The position numbers and the translations under genes are program-made. Source: Campylobacter concisus (GTDB taxonomy: Bacteria > Campylobacterota > Campylobacteria > Campylobacterales > Campylobacteraceae). From it: a stretch of DNA of 32,000 nt. Position 1 is the stretch's first letter, and the number at the start of each line of letters is the position of its first letter. The stretch spans positions 125,395 to 157,394 of the forward strand of contig NZ_PIRQ01000006.1 in assembly GCF_003048535.1 (NCBI RefSeq), given 5' to 3'. Shown here piece by piece: positions 1 through 8,471 of this stretch. The notes beneath the pieces are model-generated. The model was given only the letters and a program-made list of their open reading frames with translations. It searched no databases and had not been told where the DNA came from.

Positions 1-1
1 A

Positions 2-1747
2 GATACACAGATAAAGATAGAAACAGATGTTGTGATCGAGCCAAAAGCTAATACAAAAGAGCAAAATATAAGTGTTGAAGAGTTACTAGCTGATGCTAAA
101 AATTCTACAGCTGATTATCTATTAAGAATGATAGAAGAAGATGAGAGTTTCAAAAAAGACTATTATGATAGGGCAAAGAGGCTTAACGCAATGGATATAA
201 GAGAATTTTTGCCTATGATCAATGCAAAATTTAACATTACCGCAAAACCTGAAATGGTAAATGACAAATATAAAGTAAGAGTGGATGGTTTTAATGGAAC
301 TTATAATCTAACTGACCTAATGTGTAAGATAGTCTATAATGGCAGAAAAGGAGCGTTGTTTCACGTAGTTAATGAGCTAGAGCAAATGCTTATAGAGCTT
401 GAGGCCAATAAAAATGAGCCAAAGATAACATTAAGTGTAAGTAGTGACTTTGGCACGCCAAATAAAGACCCAAAAGCTCAAGTGTTAAATAGCTGGAAAA
501 CGATACAAATAGAGCCATACAATCTAAAATCAATACTTAAAAACTATTCAGCTATATCAGTGGCAAGTTTCAAAGATAAAAGTGAAGAAGCTAGCAGTAT
601 TGATGGCATAACTCCTACGCTTATATATGATATAGATAACTCTAAATTTACTGCAAATGATGCTCAAAATTTACTACAAAGTAAAGGAATAAAAGGCTTC
701 ATACACCCAACCACCTATCAAGCGCCAGACACAAAAGTAGAGAAATTTAAACTCATCATACCCACAACAAAGACTCCAAGCTTAAATGAATATGATGAAT
801 ACATAAAAGAGATAACAAGAGAGCTTGGGTTATGTAACATAGTAAATAACTCCAGCTTGCATCCTAGTAAATTTCACTACACTCCAGTGCCAGGATCTGA
901 ACTTGTAAGCATTAGTGGAAAAACTTTTGATAATACAAGAGCCATTGAAGATGCTGGCTTAAAAACAGATATTAATAATATGGATATTAAAGCCATATAT
1001 GAAGATTTACAAAATCTAAGAAAATATGAGCTTGGTCATGAAACAAAAGATACCAACTCACATATTAAAAGAACAAGCTACCAAGCTATATCATCAAAGA
1101 TTCCGATAAAAGAGTTAATAGAATACTTTGAAGAAAACACTATGGTTAAAAAATATGAAGATTGTCAAATACTTTTTAATAATAACAGTAGATATCTATA
1201 CTTGCCAGAAGAAAACACAGCCTATTCTTTTAACCAAAATAGACACTATACTCCATATATCTACATTAGAGATAAATTTTATGAAGCAGCTAGAAAGATA
1301 AAAACTGGATTTTATGATGATGACGATCTCATTAAAAAGCTAGGTATTACACAAAATGAATATGAAGGCTTCGTAAAAGGCATCGATTACCATCTAGATA
1401 TAAATAGATACTATTTAGCTTTTATAAATAGAACCGAAAACTTTAAAAAATATCTATCAGATATAGTTCGAATTAACTACCAAGGCCTAATTTATAACAT
1501 AAAAACCTATATGAAAAATTGGCAGGATATGCAAGGTTTTAATAAGCTAAAGGAGCGTTATAAAACAGATAAGATATATCTAACAAATGATCATATATCT
1601 TTTGGTTCACTAAAAATAACAAAGCAAGAGCTATACGATCAAGGACTTGATAAGAACTTTGGGATAGAGCAAACAAAACAACCATCAAATATAATAGAGA
1701 CCAAAGAACAGAATATAAAGTCAGGATATGATAGTTTGGAGAGGTAG
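2..1747 (+). CDS. Hypothetical mobile-element protein, N-terminus probably outside window; weak primase-polymerase (AEP)-like motifs
   Basis: The frame is open from nt 2. There is no stop before the GTG at 32 and no RBS there. The central segment TLIYDIDN...GFIHPTT...KFKLIIPT resembles AEP motif I (DxD) and motif II (sxH) by eye only. Confidence 0.55.
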   Translation, partial: DTQIKIETDVVIEPKANTKEQNISVEELLADAKNSTADYLLRMIEEDESFKKDYYDRAKRLNAMDIREFLPMINAKFNITAKPEMVNDKYKVRVDGFNGTYNLTDLMCKIVYNGRKGALFHVVNELEQMLIELEANKNEPKITLSVSSDFGTPNKDPKAQVLNSWKTIQIEPYNLKSILKNYSAISVASFKDKSEEASSIDGITPTLIYDIDNSKFTANDAQNLLQSKGIKGFIHPTTYQAPDTKVEKFKLIIPTTKTPSLNEYDEYIKEITRELGLCNIVNNSSLHPSKFHYTPVPGSELVSISGKTFDNTRAIEDAGLKTDINNMDIKAIYEDLQNLRKYELGHETKDTNSHIKRTSYQAISSKIPIKELIEYFEENTMVKKYEDCQILFNNNSRYLYLPEENTAYSFNQNRHYTPYIYIRDKFYEAARKIKTGFYDDDDLIKKLGITQNEYEGFVKGIDYHLDINRYYLAFINRTENFKKYLSDIVRINYQGLIYNIKTYMKNWQDMQGFNKLKERYKTDKIYLTNDHISFGSLKITKQELYDQGLDKNFGIEQTKQPSNIIETKEQNIKSGYDSLER

Positions 1748-1789
1748 ACTATTACGAGCTGTTATAGAAGCCAAATTATTAGCCATCTC

Positions 1790-3004
1790 TCACCCCATAA
1801 ATCCAAACGGCAATGCAAACATATCATCATCTAGCTTCATAGCCGTATCTCCAGCATAAAAAACTATGCCCTTATCAAATTTATTTTGTAAATTCTCTTT
1901 TAAGTGGTAGATATGCTTAAAGTCATCTTTGCTGATAGTTTTTGAGGATTTGACCTCTATGGCTATGAGCTTACCCAATATCTCAAGGATAAAGTCTATC
2001 TCTTTTTGATCGCTCGTTCGGTAGTAGTATATATTGGCTCGTTTTTTACTACTAGTATTTGCTTTTAGAAGTTCGTCAAATACAAATGTTTCATATATTG
2101 CGCCTTTGTATGGCGAGCTAGCAAGCTCATTTGGTGATGAAATTTGTAGCAGATGCGATAGTACTCCGGTGTCAGTAGCAAAAATTTTAGGTGTTTTTAT
2201 AAGCCTTTTTAGAGCATTATTAAAATACGGCTGAAGCTTTTGGATCTGGTATGTATGCTCCAGCACGCTAAAATAGCTATCAAATGTCTTATTATCAAGC
2301 CCAGACTCCAAGCATAGCTCGTTTTTGTTAAAGATATTGCCACTTCTTAGCATACACAATCGGTACATAGTGATAAATTTATCCATATTTCTTATGTTAC
2401 CTATCTCTTTGGCGTCTGATTCTATATATGTTCTTATATATGAGCTAAACCAGAGATATTTTGATTTTTCAGAGCTTATCTTTGTGATCTCTGGGTAACC
2501 GCCATTTATGATCTTTTCAGATAAGCCGTCGTTGTCATATTTTCTAAACACCAGATGGCCTATATCGCTACTTAAAATATCTATCAGATTTTCATCACTA
2601 TGACTTAACTCTTTTTGAGAAAGCGGGTAAAGCTCTACTATGCCTATCCTGCCAGCAAGCGAGTCGGATATATCTTTAAAGCCTTTTAAATTTGCAGAGC
2701 CAGTTAGTATGAACTGCCCATTTGTTCTATCTTTATCTACAAATTCTTTTATGGCAACAAGCAGTATTGGTACTCTTTGTATCTCATCTATCACGATAGG
2801 CTTATTACAGTGCTCTATAAAGCCTTTGGGGTCGTTTCTTGCGGATTCATATATGTTTATATCGTCAAGCGTTACGTAGTTTGGTATCTCTAAATTTAAA
2901 GCAAGGGTTGATTTACCAACCTGTCTAGCCCCGCTTATCAAAAGCACTGGAAAGCTTTTCATATACTCTTTTATCTCATTGGCTATGGCTCGTTTTATAT
3001 ACAT
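1790..3004 (-). CDS. AAA+ ATPase, DUF4143/COG1373-type
   Basis: 404 aa with Walker A GARQVGKST and Walker B-like PIVIDEIQ. The length and C-terminal region are typical of the AAA_14+DUF4143 architecture. Confidence 0.75.
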   Translation of the reverse strand: MYIKRAIANEIKEYMKSFPVLLISGARQVGKSTLALNLEIPNYVTLDDINIYESARNDPKGFIEHCNKPIVIDEIQRVPILLVAIKEFVDKDRTNGQFILTGSANLKGFKDISDSLAGRIGIVELYPLSQKELSHSDENLIDILSSDIGHLVFRKYDNDGLSEKIINGGYPEITKISSEKSKYLWFSSYIRTYIESDAKEIGNIRNMDKFITMYRLCMLRSGNIFNKNELCLESGLDNKTFDSYFSVLEHTYQIQKLQPYFNNALKRLIKTPKIFATDTGVLSHLLQISSPNELASSPYKGAIYETFVFDELLKANTSSKKRANIYYYRTSDQKEIDFILEILGKLIAIEVKSSKTISKDDFKHIYHLKENLQNKFDKGIVFYAGDTAMKLDDDMFALPFGFMG

Positions 3005-3307
3005 AGTGCTTTATCCTTAAATATTTAGGAGTATAATACTATAATATATAAAATTTTACAAGGATGGTTTGGTTAAGATAATTGTATATTTAAATTTAAT
3101 TCGAACTAAAACTGGTAAGATTAAGTCAGCCACTGTTATTTTTTATCACACTGAGTATTTTATTGGTAGGGTTTTAAGCAATATCACCTCAGATCTTAAT
3201 ATTGACAAATGGCAGTTAAATTTTCCCTCAAAAGGAGCAGCGCAATAACCATTTTTGGAATATTGCACAGGCTCTTTTATGCTGCGACCTAACTTACCAA
3301 TAAATTT

Positions 3308-3810
3308 TTACCTCATAACTTTATCCAGTAGCGATTTGTAGCTATCTACTACGTCATAGACCACACTATCACTACTTATAGCCTTAAAATGCTCCTTTGC
3401 GCAGTGGATTTTAGACTTTTCGACTTGGCGAAGCTGCATAGAGTTCATAGACCCATTGGTCTCTGCAACAAAATAAATATGCTTAATATTGCCCTCATAA
3501 AACGCGATCGCCCAGTCGGGGTTGTATTTTCTCACAGGCGTGCTTATATAAAGCCACTTGGAAGCTTAACATAAACCGCAACGTCCTTGCTTGCATCTAG
3601 TTCCATTGCAAAATTCTTCTCATTCGTCGAGTCATATACGACATGATCGTAAAGATGTTTTTTTATTTTAACTGCATTTTTTTCAAGCTGACCTTTTATC
3701 GTAGGATCCGTAAAAACCGCGGTATCGTATTTTTCATCTAGCGCATTATAAGTAATATGCTGTATAATCGCCGTCGCTTTTTCATCATTCTTAAGAGCAG
3801 CTGCTTTTCT
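3308..3810 (-). pseudogene. C-terminal remnant of a type III restriction endonuclease Res subunit (frameshifted, N-terminal ~800 aa missing)
   Basis: The minus strand reads ...YDHVVYDSTNEKNFAMELDASKDVAVYVKLPSGFI* and then, one frame over, YISTPVRKYNPDWAIAFYEGNIKHIYFVAETNGS...LRQVEKSKIHCAKEHF. This matches the PD-(D/E)xK nuclease tail remembered from type III Res proteins. There is a frameshift near 3545-3560 and no helicase domain upstream. Confidence 0.6.
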
Positions 3811-4303
3811 TTGAGAATTTTAGATTCTAACGCTAAAATTTGCCTTTGTAAAAGCTCCTTTTGCTCCAACCTAGCTACAGACTCTTTGAGGCTTTCGCCT
3901 AAAATCAAATTTTGTAATTTATCGCCAGCTATTTGACGAATAAAATTTTCATAGGCTGTGTCAAGATTTAAGCTTTCTAGCTTTAAATGCAAATCTTGCT
4001 TGTTTTGCCAGTCGGTATAGTAGTAAGAATTTACTTTAAAAGCCATATTTCCAGATATAGTGGCCTCTTTGTAGCTAATGCAAACTTTATATCTGTCTTG
4101 GTACTCTAAGATAAAACTATATGATATGGCGCCAGCCTATCTATGTGGCGCAATAGCTCACCATCTAGGCTTGGGCTCTTTAAAGATACCTCAAAGACTT
4201 CGAACTCTTTTGCGAGATCGCCAGCTGCAAGATTGATAGTTGAGGACGCAATTTTATTGCTCCAAATAATTTTATCTACTTGCCCTATGAATATTTTTTT
4301 CAA
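3790..4303 (-). pseudogene. DUF4391-family gene, frameshifted and fused at its 3' end to the Res remnant
   Basis: Track ORFs 4106..4303 and 3738..4046 are two frames of one gene. The first reads VDKIIWSNKIASSTINL...EVFEVSLK...HIDRLAPYHIVL. After a shift near 4106 it continues LEYQDRYKVCISYKE...YYYTDWQ...LDTAYENFIRQIAG...LKEKQ, which follows the DUF4391 pattern from memory. After KEKQ the native tail is lost. Confidence 0.55.
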
Positions 4304-4613
4304 AGCAGATGATATCTCTAAATTCTAAGTTCTATCTTACATGTTTTATAATCCATATTAGCAAGATTAATTTTAACTTTTTTATCCACAGTGAACAATT
4401 CTCTTATTAATTATAAGGTAACTAATAAATCGTGTGGTTTCTAATATACTAAAATAGACTCAAAGGTCGTTATAGCACTCAAAAAAGGATAAAGAATATA
4501 GAATAAGTTTTAGAAAATCTGATTAAAATTTTAAAGATCAATAAGATAAATTATCATAGAATAGTGAAATATCGTTTTGGATAAGTTCGAGATGATATTT
4601 AATAGGAAACAAT

Positions 4614-5210
4614 ATGAAATTTAAAGATTTTAAAGAAAAAAACAGTAGCAACTATGACTTTTTCACAGCTGATGAGATGAGCTATAAAGAATTTGTAAAA
4701 CTAAGCTTTGAAGAGTTCTTAGCTAACGACAACAGCTCCAAATGGCAGCTTAGTATAGATGACAAGAGGTTTGACTCGTTTCCAAATTTCACCCAAAAAC
4801 ATCAAATTTGCATATCGAATTTAGACTATGAAGATAATGTTTTTCAGTTTAGAATTTGCTCTGAAAATAACGTATCAAGCCTTGGCTACCGCATGTTTAC
4901 GAGCTTTGATAGCATACATAAAGACTTTGTCACAGACGATATTAAGCACTCTGATGAAGTTATGATGGCCCTAAAGCTTGGCGAGCTTAAAGAGTTTCCT
5001 TGCATATCAAAATGCGGCTGGTGGATCAAAGATATCTGGCGAGATATGTATCCTATCTTAGACGAGACTAACAGCGAGGAATTTGTAGCTGGCATTATAA
5101 AAAACGAATTTACCAAAAAGATGACCGAGATAAATGAGTGCCTAAAAAACGCTCAAGATGGCTGCAAGCTTGACGAAATTATTGCTAAACTAAAAGATAA
5201 AATCAACTAA
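4614..5210 (+). CDS. Hypothetical protein (198 aa), no recognisable family
   Basis: Clean ORF with an ATG preceded by AGGAAAC. It follows a 310-nt AT-rich gap and has no recognisable motifs. Confidence 0.55.
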   Translation: MKFKDFKEKNSSNYDFFTADEMSYKEFVKLSFEEFLANDNSSKWQLSIDDKRFDSFPNFTQKHQICISNLDYEDNVFQFRICSENNVSSLGYRMFTSFDSIHKDFVTDDIKHSDEVMMALKLGELKEFPCISKCGWWIKDIWRDMYPILDETNSEEFVAGIIKNEFTKKMTEINECLKNAQDGCKLDEIIAKLKDKIN

Positions 5211-5212
5211 AT

Positions 5213-6361
5213 TTAGAAATTTCCACCCACAGCACAAGAGCTAGCTGGATATGAAGTAAGTCCGTAGTCAGCCGACTCCACGTTATAAAAGTCCAAATTT
5301 GCACTTCGTGAGATGATATATTCAAAGCCTTTTTGATTTAGCTCGATCAAAATTTCAAGCTCCGTATCTCTTTTGCAGACTATGCTTTCAAAAAAGTGAG
5401 AGAAGAAAGAAATTTTGGTATTTTCCTTTTGCATTGAGTGATTTAGCATGAGCTCCATGTTGCTAAAAATTTTAAAGATTGTTTGATTTGTCTCAAATTT
5501 ACCAAATCTAGCATAATAATTTTGCAAATTTGCGTCATTTAGTACGATGTTTTTGGTGCAGTTTTTAGTGATCTGCTCGTAAATAAGACCAAAAAGCTCA
5601 ATAGAGGCATTTTGATTATCCATCACTCTATTTTCGTGATTTGTGACTACTACAAAGCCATCTTTTATCTCGTATTTTTCATTTTTATAATAAAAGCTAA
5701 CATTTGCCACCTCTTGCTCAAAGCGCTTTTTATAAGCAAAAGAGAGATAGTTTAAAACGCCCATTTTATCGATAATAGCCGAGCTTCTTACGCCACCATC
5801 TAGCTCGTGCTGCATGAAGTATCTTATGAAGCTACCTTGCTCTATATCAAAGCTATTTAAATACTCGATCTTATCAAGATAGATGCAGCGGTAAAGCTTT
5901 ACAAATTCTGGATTTAGCCTAACATTTATCTCATCTTGTAGCTCGCCATATTTGTCGGTTTGCTCTGCATCTATAAATTCGATTATATTCATCTGCTTTT
6001 CGATCTTGTCTTTAACAAAGATCGAAATTTTCACGTCCTGCATCTCATAAAAGCACTTTATCGTATCGGTGGCACTTTTTGTGATATCTGTTTTAAATTT
6101 CTTAGCAAGCTCTGCTTTTTTAAGGGTGAGTGAAAAGTCGCCATTTTTTAGTTTATTTTGTGAGTACAAAAGATAGAGTAGCTGCTCATAGACCATGAGA
6201 TGTGAGTAGGTTAAAAATGTATTATCCACCACGATGACGTAGTAGCAACGCGTTATAGAGTACCTTTTATTATTTTGCAAAAATTCATCATAAATTTTTA
6301 ATTTGCTTGGGGATTTACATACCTTAAAAACATCATATGATTCTAAAAATATATTTTCCAT
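5213..6361 (-). CDS. Hypothetical protein (382 aa); weak resemblance to plasmid Rep_3/RepB-type initiators
   Basis: Long ORF next to a ~300-nt extremely AT-rich region. The N-terminal segment LTYSHLMVYEQLLYLLYS...FSLTLKKAELAKKF...ATDTIKCFYEMQDVKISI resembles the winged-helix pattern of Rep_3 initiators by eye only. Confidence 0.5.
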   Translation of the reverse strand: MENIFLESYDVFKVCKSPSKLKIYDEFLQNNKRYSITRCYYVIVVDNTFLTYSHLMVYEQLLYLLYSQNKLKNGDFSLTLKKAELAKKFKTDITKSATDTIKCFYEMQDVKISIFVKDKIEKQMNIIEFIDAEQTDKYGELQDEINVRLNPEFVKLYRCIYLDKIEYLNSFDIEQGSFIRYFMQHELDGGVRSSAIIDKMGVLNYLSFAYKKRFEQEVANVSFYYKNEKYEIKDGFVVVTNHENRVMDNQNASIELFGLIYEQITKNCTKNIVLNDANLQNYYARFGKFETNQTIFKIFSNMELMLNHSMQKENTKISFFSHFFESIVCKRDTELEILIELNQKGFEYIISRSANLDFYNVESADYGLTSYPASSCAVGGNF

Positions 6362-6657
6362 TACTGCCCCTTTTTACCTTTGCAAAAATATTACATAACT
6401 ATTCTTTAAGCTAATTTGAATTTACAAACTAACTAATAAAAATAATTCTATAAAAATTAATATTAATTTAATTAAATATAGATTAATTATATAAAATATT
6501 TTTGTATAAATCTATTTTTATTTACAAATTTTTATTTTATAAAGTAGAAATTAGCTATAAAAATATATTTTTTAAACTAAATTTAATAAATATAGTTATA
6601 TTATTTTTCTCAGATAAGCATGCTTAGATTTTAAAATTTACAAATTGGGAGCTCAAA

Positions 6658-6825
6658 ATGGAATTTCTAATTTTGACGCTATTTCTGATCAGTGGTCTTA
6701 TCTTATATATAAAGCCGCAGATGAAAAAAATAGCAACGTCCTGCTTGGCTTTGGGGTGCGTAATACTGGTTGCACTAGAGTTTTACGTAAATTTATGGGT
6801 AGTCTTGCCAATAGGCAACTTTTAG
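6658..6825 (+). CDS. Small 55-aa two-TM membrane peptide, Dba-like (not in ORF track)
   Basis: Reads MEFLILTLFLISGLILYIKPQMKKIATSCLALGCVILVALEFYVNLWVVLPIGNF. It is homologous (about 21/55 identical, same length, same MEFL...GNF ends) to the peptide at 16917..17084. GGGAG lies upstream, and its stop sits 9 nt before the next ATG in both copies. Confidence 0.7.
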   Translation: MEFLILTLFLISGLILYIKPQMKKIATSCLALGCVILVALEFYVNLWVVLPIGNF

Positions 6826-6834
6826 GAGGGCAAG

Positions 6835-7545
6835 ATGCAAACGAAACAAAATGAAATCCCAGCAAACGAACAAGGCTTTTTCAACCTTATGTCACTAGCC
6901 ATCACCGCTCTTGTGGCACTTCCAGTTGGTATCGCCTGCTTGGTGCTTGGCTTTGGACTAGGTGATAACCCTTGCATAATGTGCTGGGCCGAGAGGATCA
7001 CGATGATAGCTATCAGCCTAATAGCACTTTTCATCATCAGGTACGGACTAAAGCCTGGCTATCTGGCAGCACTTTTACTAATGGCTTGCTGGGGCATATT
7101 TAACGGCTTTATCCACTACAGCCTAGATGGAACATTTGGTGGCTATCTTGACATCAAACAAGGTTTTGGCCTTGAAATTTTAGGTGCCCACACTCAGTTT
7201 TGGGTTATGGTTGTTGATTTTTGTGTGATCATATTTTTGGCTCTTATATTTTTGTTTAGCAAAAACTTAGGCCTTATAATGCAAAAAAGCTCAAATGGCG
7301 AATACGGCGACTTTCTAAGCTACTTGCCACTTGGCAAATTTGCAAATTTGGTCTTTATCGTGATCATACTTGCAAACTGCGTTCAAGCCTTTATAGCTTC
7401 TGGTCCACCACCATATCTAGGATCTAGCACACCACCTAGAATGAGCATCGATCCTTCAAAATGGTTCTGGGAAAAAGACCACTGGGATAGCTCACTTGAC
7501 TTTAGATTTGACTGGAACCCTGAGCTTCCAGACCTAGTAAAGTAA
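6835..7545 (+). CDS. DsbB/DsbI-like thiol oxidoreductase membrane protein (5 predicted TM, single CxxC)
   Basis: The motif PCIMCWAER after TM1 matches the DsbB/BdbC signature PCxxCWyqR. Five hydrophobic segments place the C-terminus in the periplasm. There is no second Cys pair in loop 2. RBS is AGGAGGG. Confidence 0.65.
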   Translation: MQTKQNEIPANEQGFFNLMSLAITALVALPVGIACLVLGFGLGDNPCIMCWAERITMIAISLIALFIIRYGLKPGYLAALLLMACWGIFNGFIHYSLDGTFGGYLDIKQGFGLEILGAHTQFWVMVVDFCVIIFLALIFLFSKNLGLIMQKSSNGEYGDFLSYLPLGKFANLVFIVIILANCVQAFIASGPPPYLGSSTPPRMSIDPSKWFWEKDHWDSSLDFRFDWNPELPDLVK

Positions 7546-7555
7546 GGAGTAAAAG

Positions 7556-8449
7556 ATGAGAAAGATAATATTTTTTATCGCATTAGCAAGCCTTGCTTTT
7601 GGTTTTAGCTTTGACATGGATAGCAAAAATGGAGCTATCCAAAACATAAAAGAGTTAGGCCTTAAAGATACGCTCACTCTAAATTTGCAAAATGATAATG
7701 CAATAACTGGAGCTGACTACGATGAAGGCAAAAAGCAGTTCGCTCTTGTCTCAAACGACAATGAATTTTACATCGCAGATGAGAATTTAAAGCCTCTAAG
7801 TTATGCTAAGCACGACCGCCATTTTATAATGGAGATGGAAGCAACAGTCGGAGCTACTTGGTACAAAAAAGAGCTTGGCATGATAAGTTACAACAAGACT
7901 TTTGTCTTCTATGAGCCAGCTAGCAACCTTAGTAAAGATGAGCAAAATAGCCAGTGGAGGCACCTATTGGCTGGATATGACGCGTGGAAGCTAAATGACC
8001 TTGGTAACAAGGGCAGATTTTCTACCATTAGATCAAAACAGCAGTACATCTTAGGCTGGGACTACCTAGAAAGTGAGAATAAATTTTTCACAGCTAGCGT
8101 GCCAAATGACGTTAGAGACTACTGGAGTGTCGCTATATTTGACGGCGACGATAAGATGATCTTAGAAGAATTTGTACCAAAAGCTGGAGCAAATTTACAG
8201 CTAAAAGAGGGTAGAAATTTAAACAACTACTACATTACTGGCATTGACGTAGAGCCCGATGCGCTCTATCTTTTAAGCAAAAATTTCTCAACTATTTTAA
8301 AGTTAAATTTGACCACCAAAGAGATAGACGAGGCGTTTAGTTTTAGTGGGGTAAATAACCCAAGAGCATTAGCGATCAAAGATAATAAATTTTACATCTT
8401 CTCACGAGAAGGCAAAGAGAATAAAGTTTTTATCTTTGAGATGAAATAG
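7556..8449 (+). CDS. Secreted periplasmic protein (297 aa), possible beta-propeller partner of the DsbI-like protein
   Basis: N-terminal signal peptide MRKIIFFIALASLAFG and RBS AAGGAG. It is a paralog of 15255..16142. The beta-rich repetitive pattern suggests a propeller, but this assignment is inference. Confidence 0.6.
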   Translation: MRKIIFFIALASLAFGFSFDMDSKNGAIQNIKELGLKDTLTLNLQNDNAITGADYDEGKKQFALVSNDNEFYIADENLKPLSYAKHDRHFIMEMEATVGATWYKKELGMISYNKTFVFYEPASNLSKDEQNSQWRHLLAGYDAWKLNDLGNKGRFSTIRSKQQYILGWDYLESENKFFTASVPNDVRDYWSVAIFDGDDKMILEEFVPKAGANLQLKEGRNLNNYYITGIDVEPDALYLLSKNFSTILKLNLTTKEIDEAFSFSGVNNPRALAIKDNKFYIFSREGKENKVFIFEMK

Positions 8450-8471
8450 CCATCAAATTTAAGGAGAAAAC

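Noticed and set aside
2034-2879. Track ORFs 2034..2234(+) and 2640..2879(+)
   Set aside because: They lie entirely antisense inside the 404-aa ATPase gene, with no RBS and low-complexity translations. These are shadow ORFs.
3308-4328. Treating 3308..3535, 3738..4046 and 4106..4303 as three intact small genes; also antisense ORFs 3389..3574 and 4143..4328
   Set aside because: The three minus-strand ORFs join across frameshifts into DUF4391-like and Res-like reading frames, so they are pseudogene fragments. The plus-strand ORFs are shadows.
6645-7037. Track ORFs 6645..6854(+) and 6822..7037(-)
   Set aside because: 6645..6854 overlaps, in another frame, the 55-aa ORF 6658..6825, which has a clear paralog at 16917..17084. 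6822..7037 is antisense to the CxxC membrane protein.
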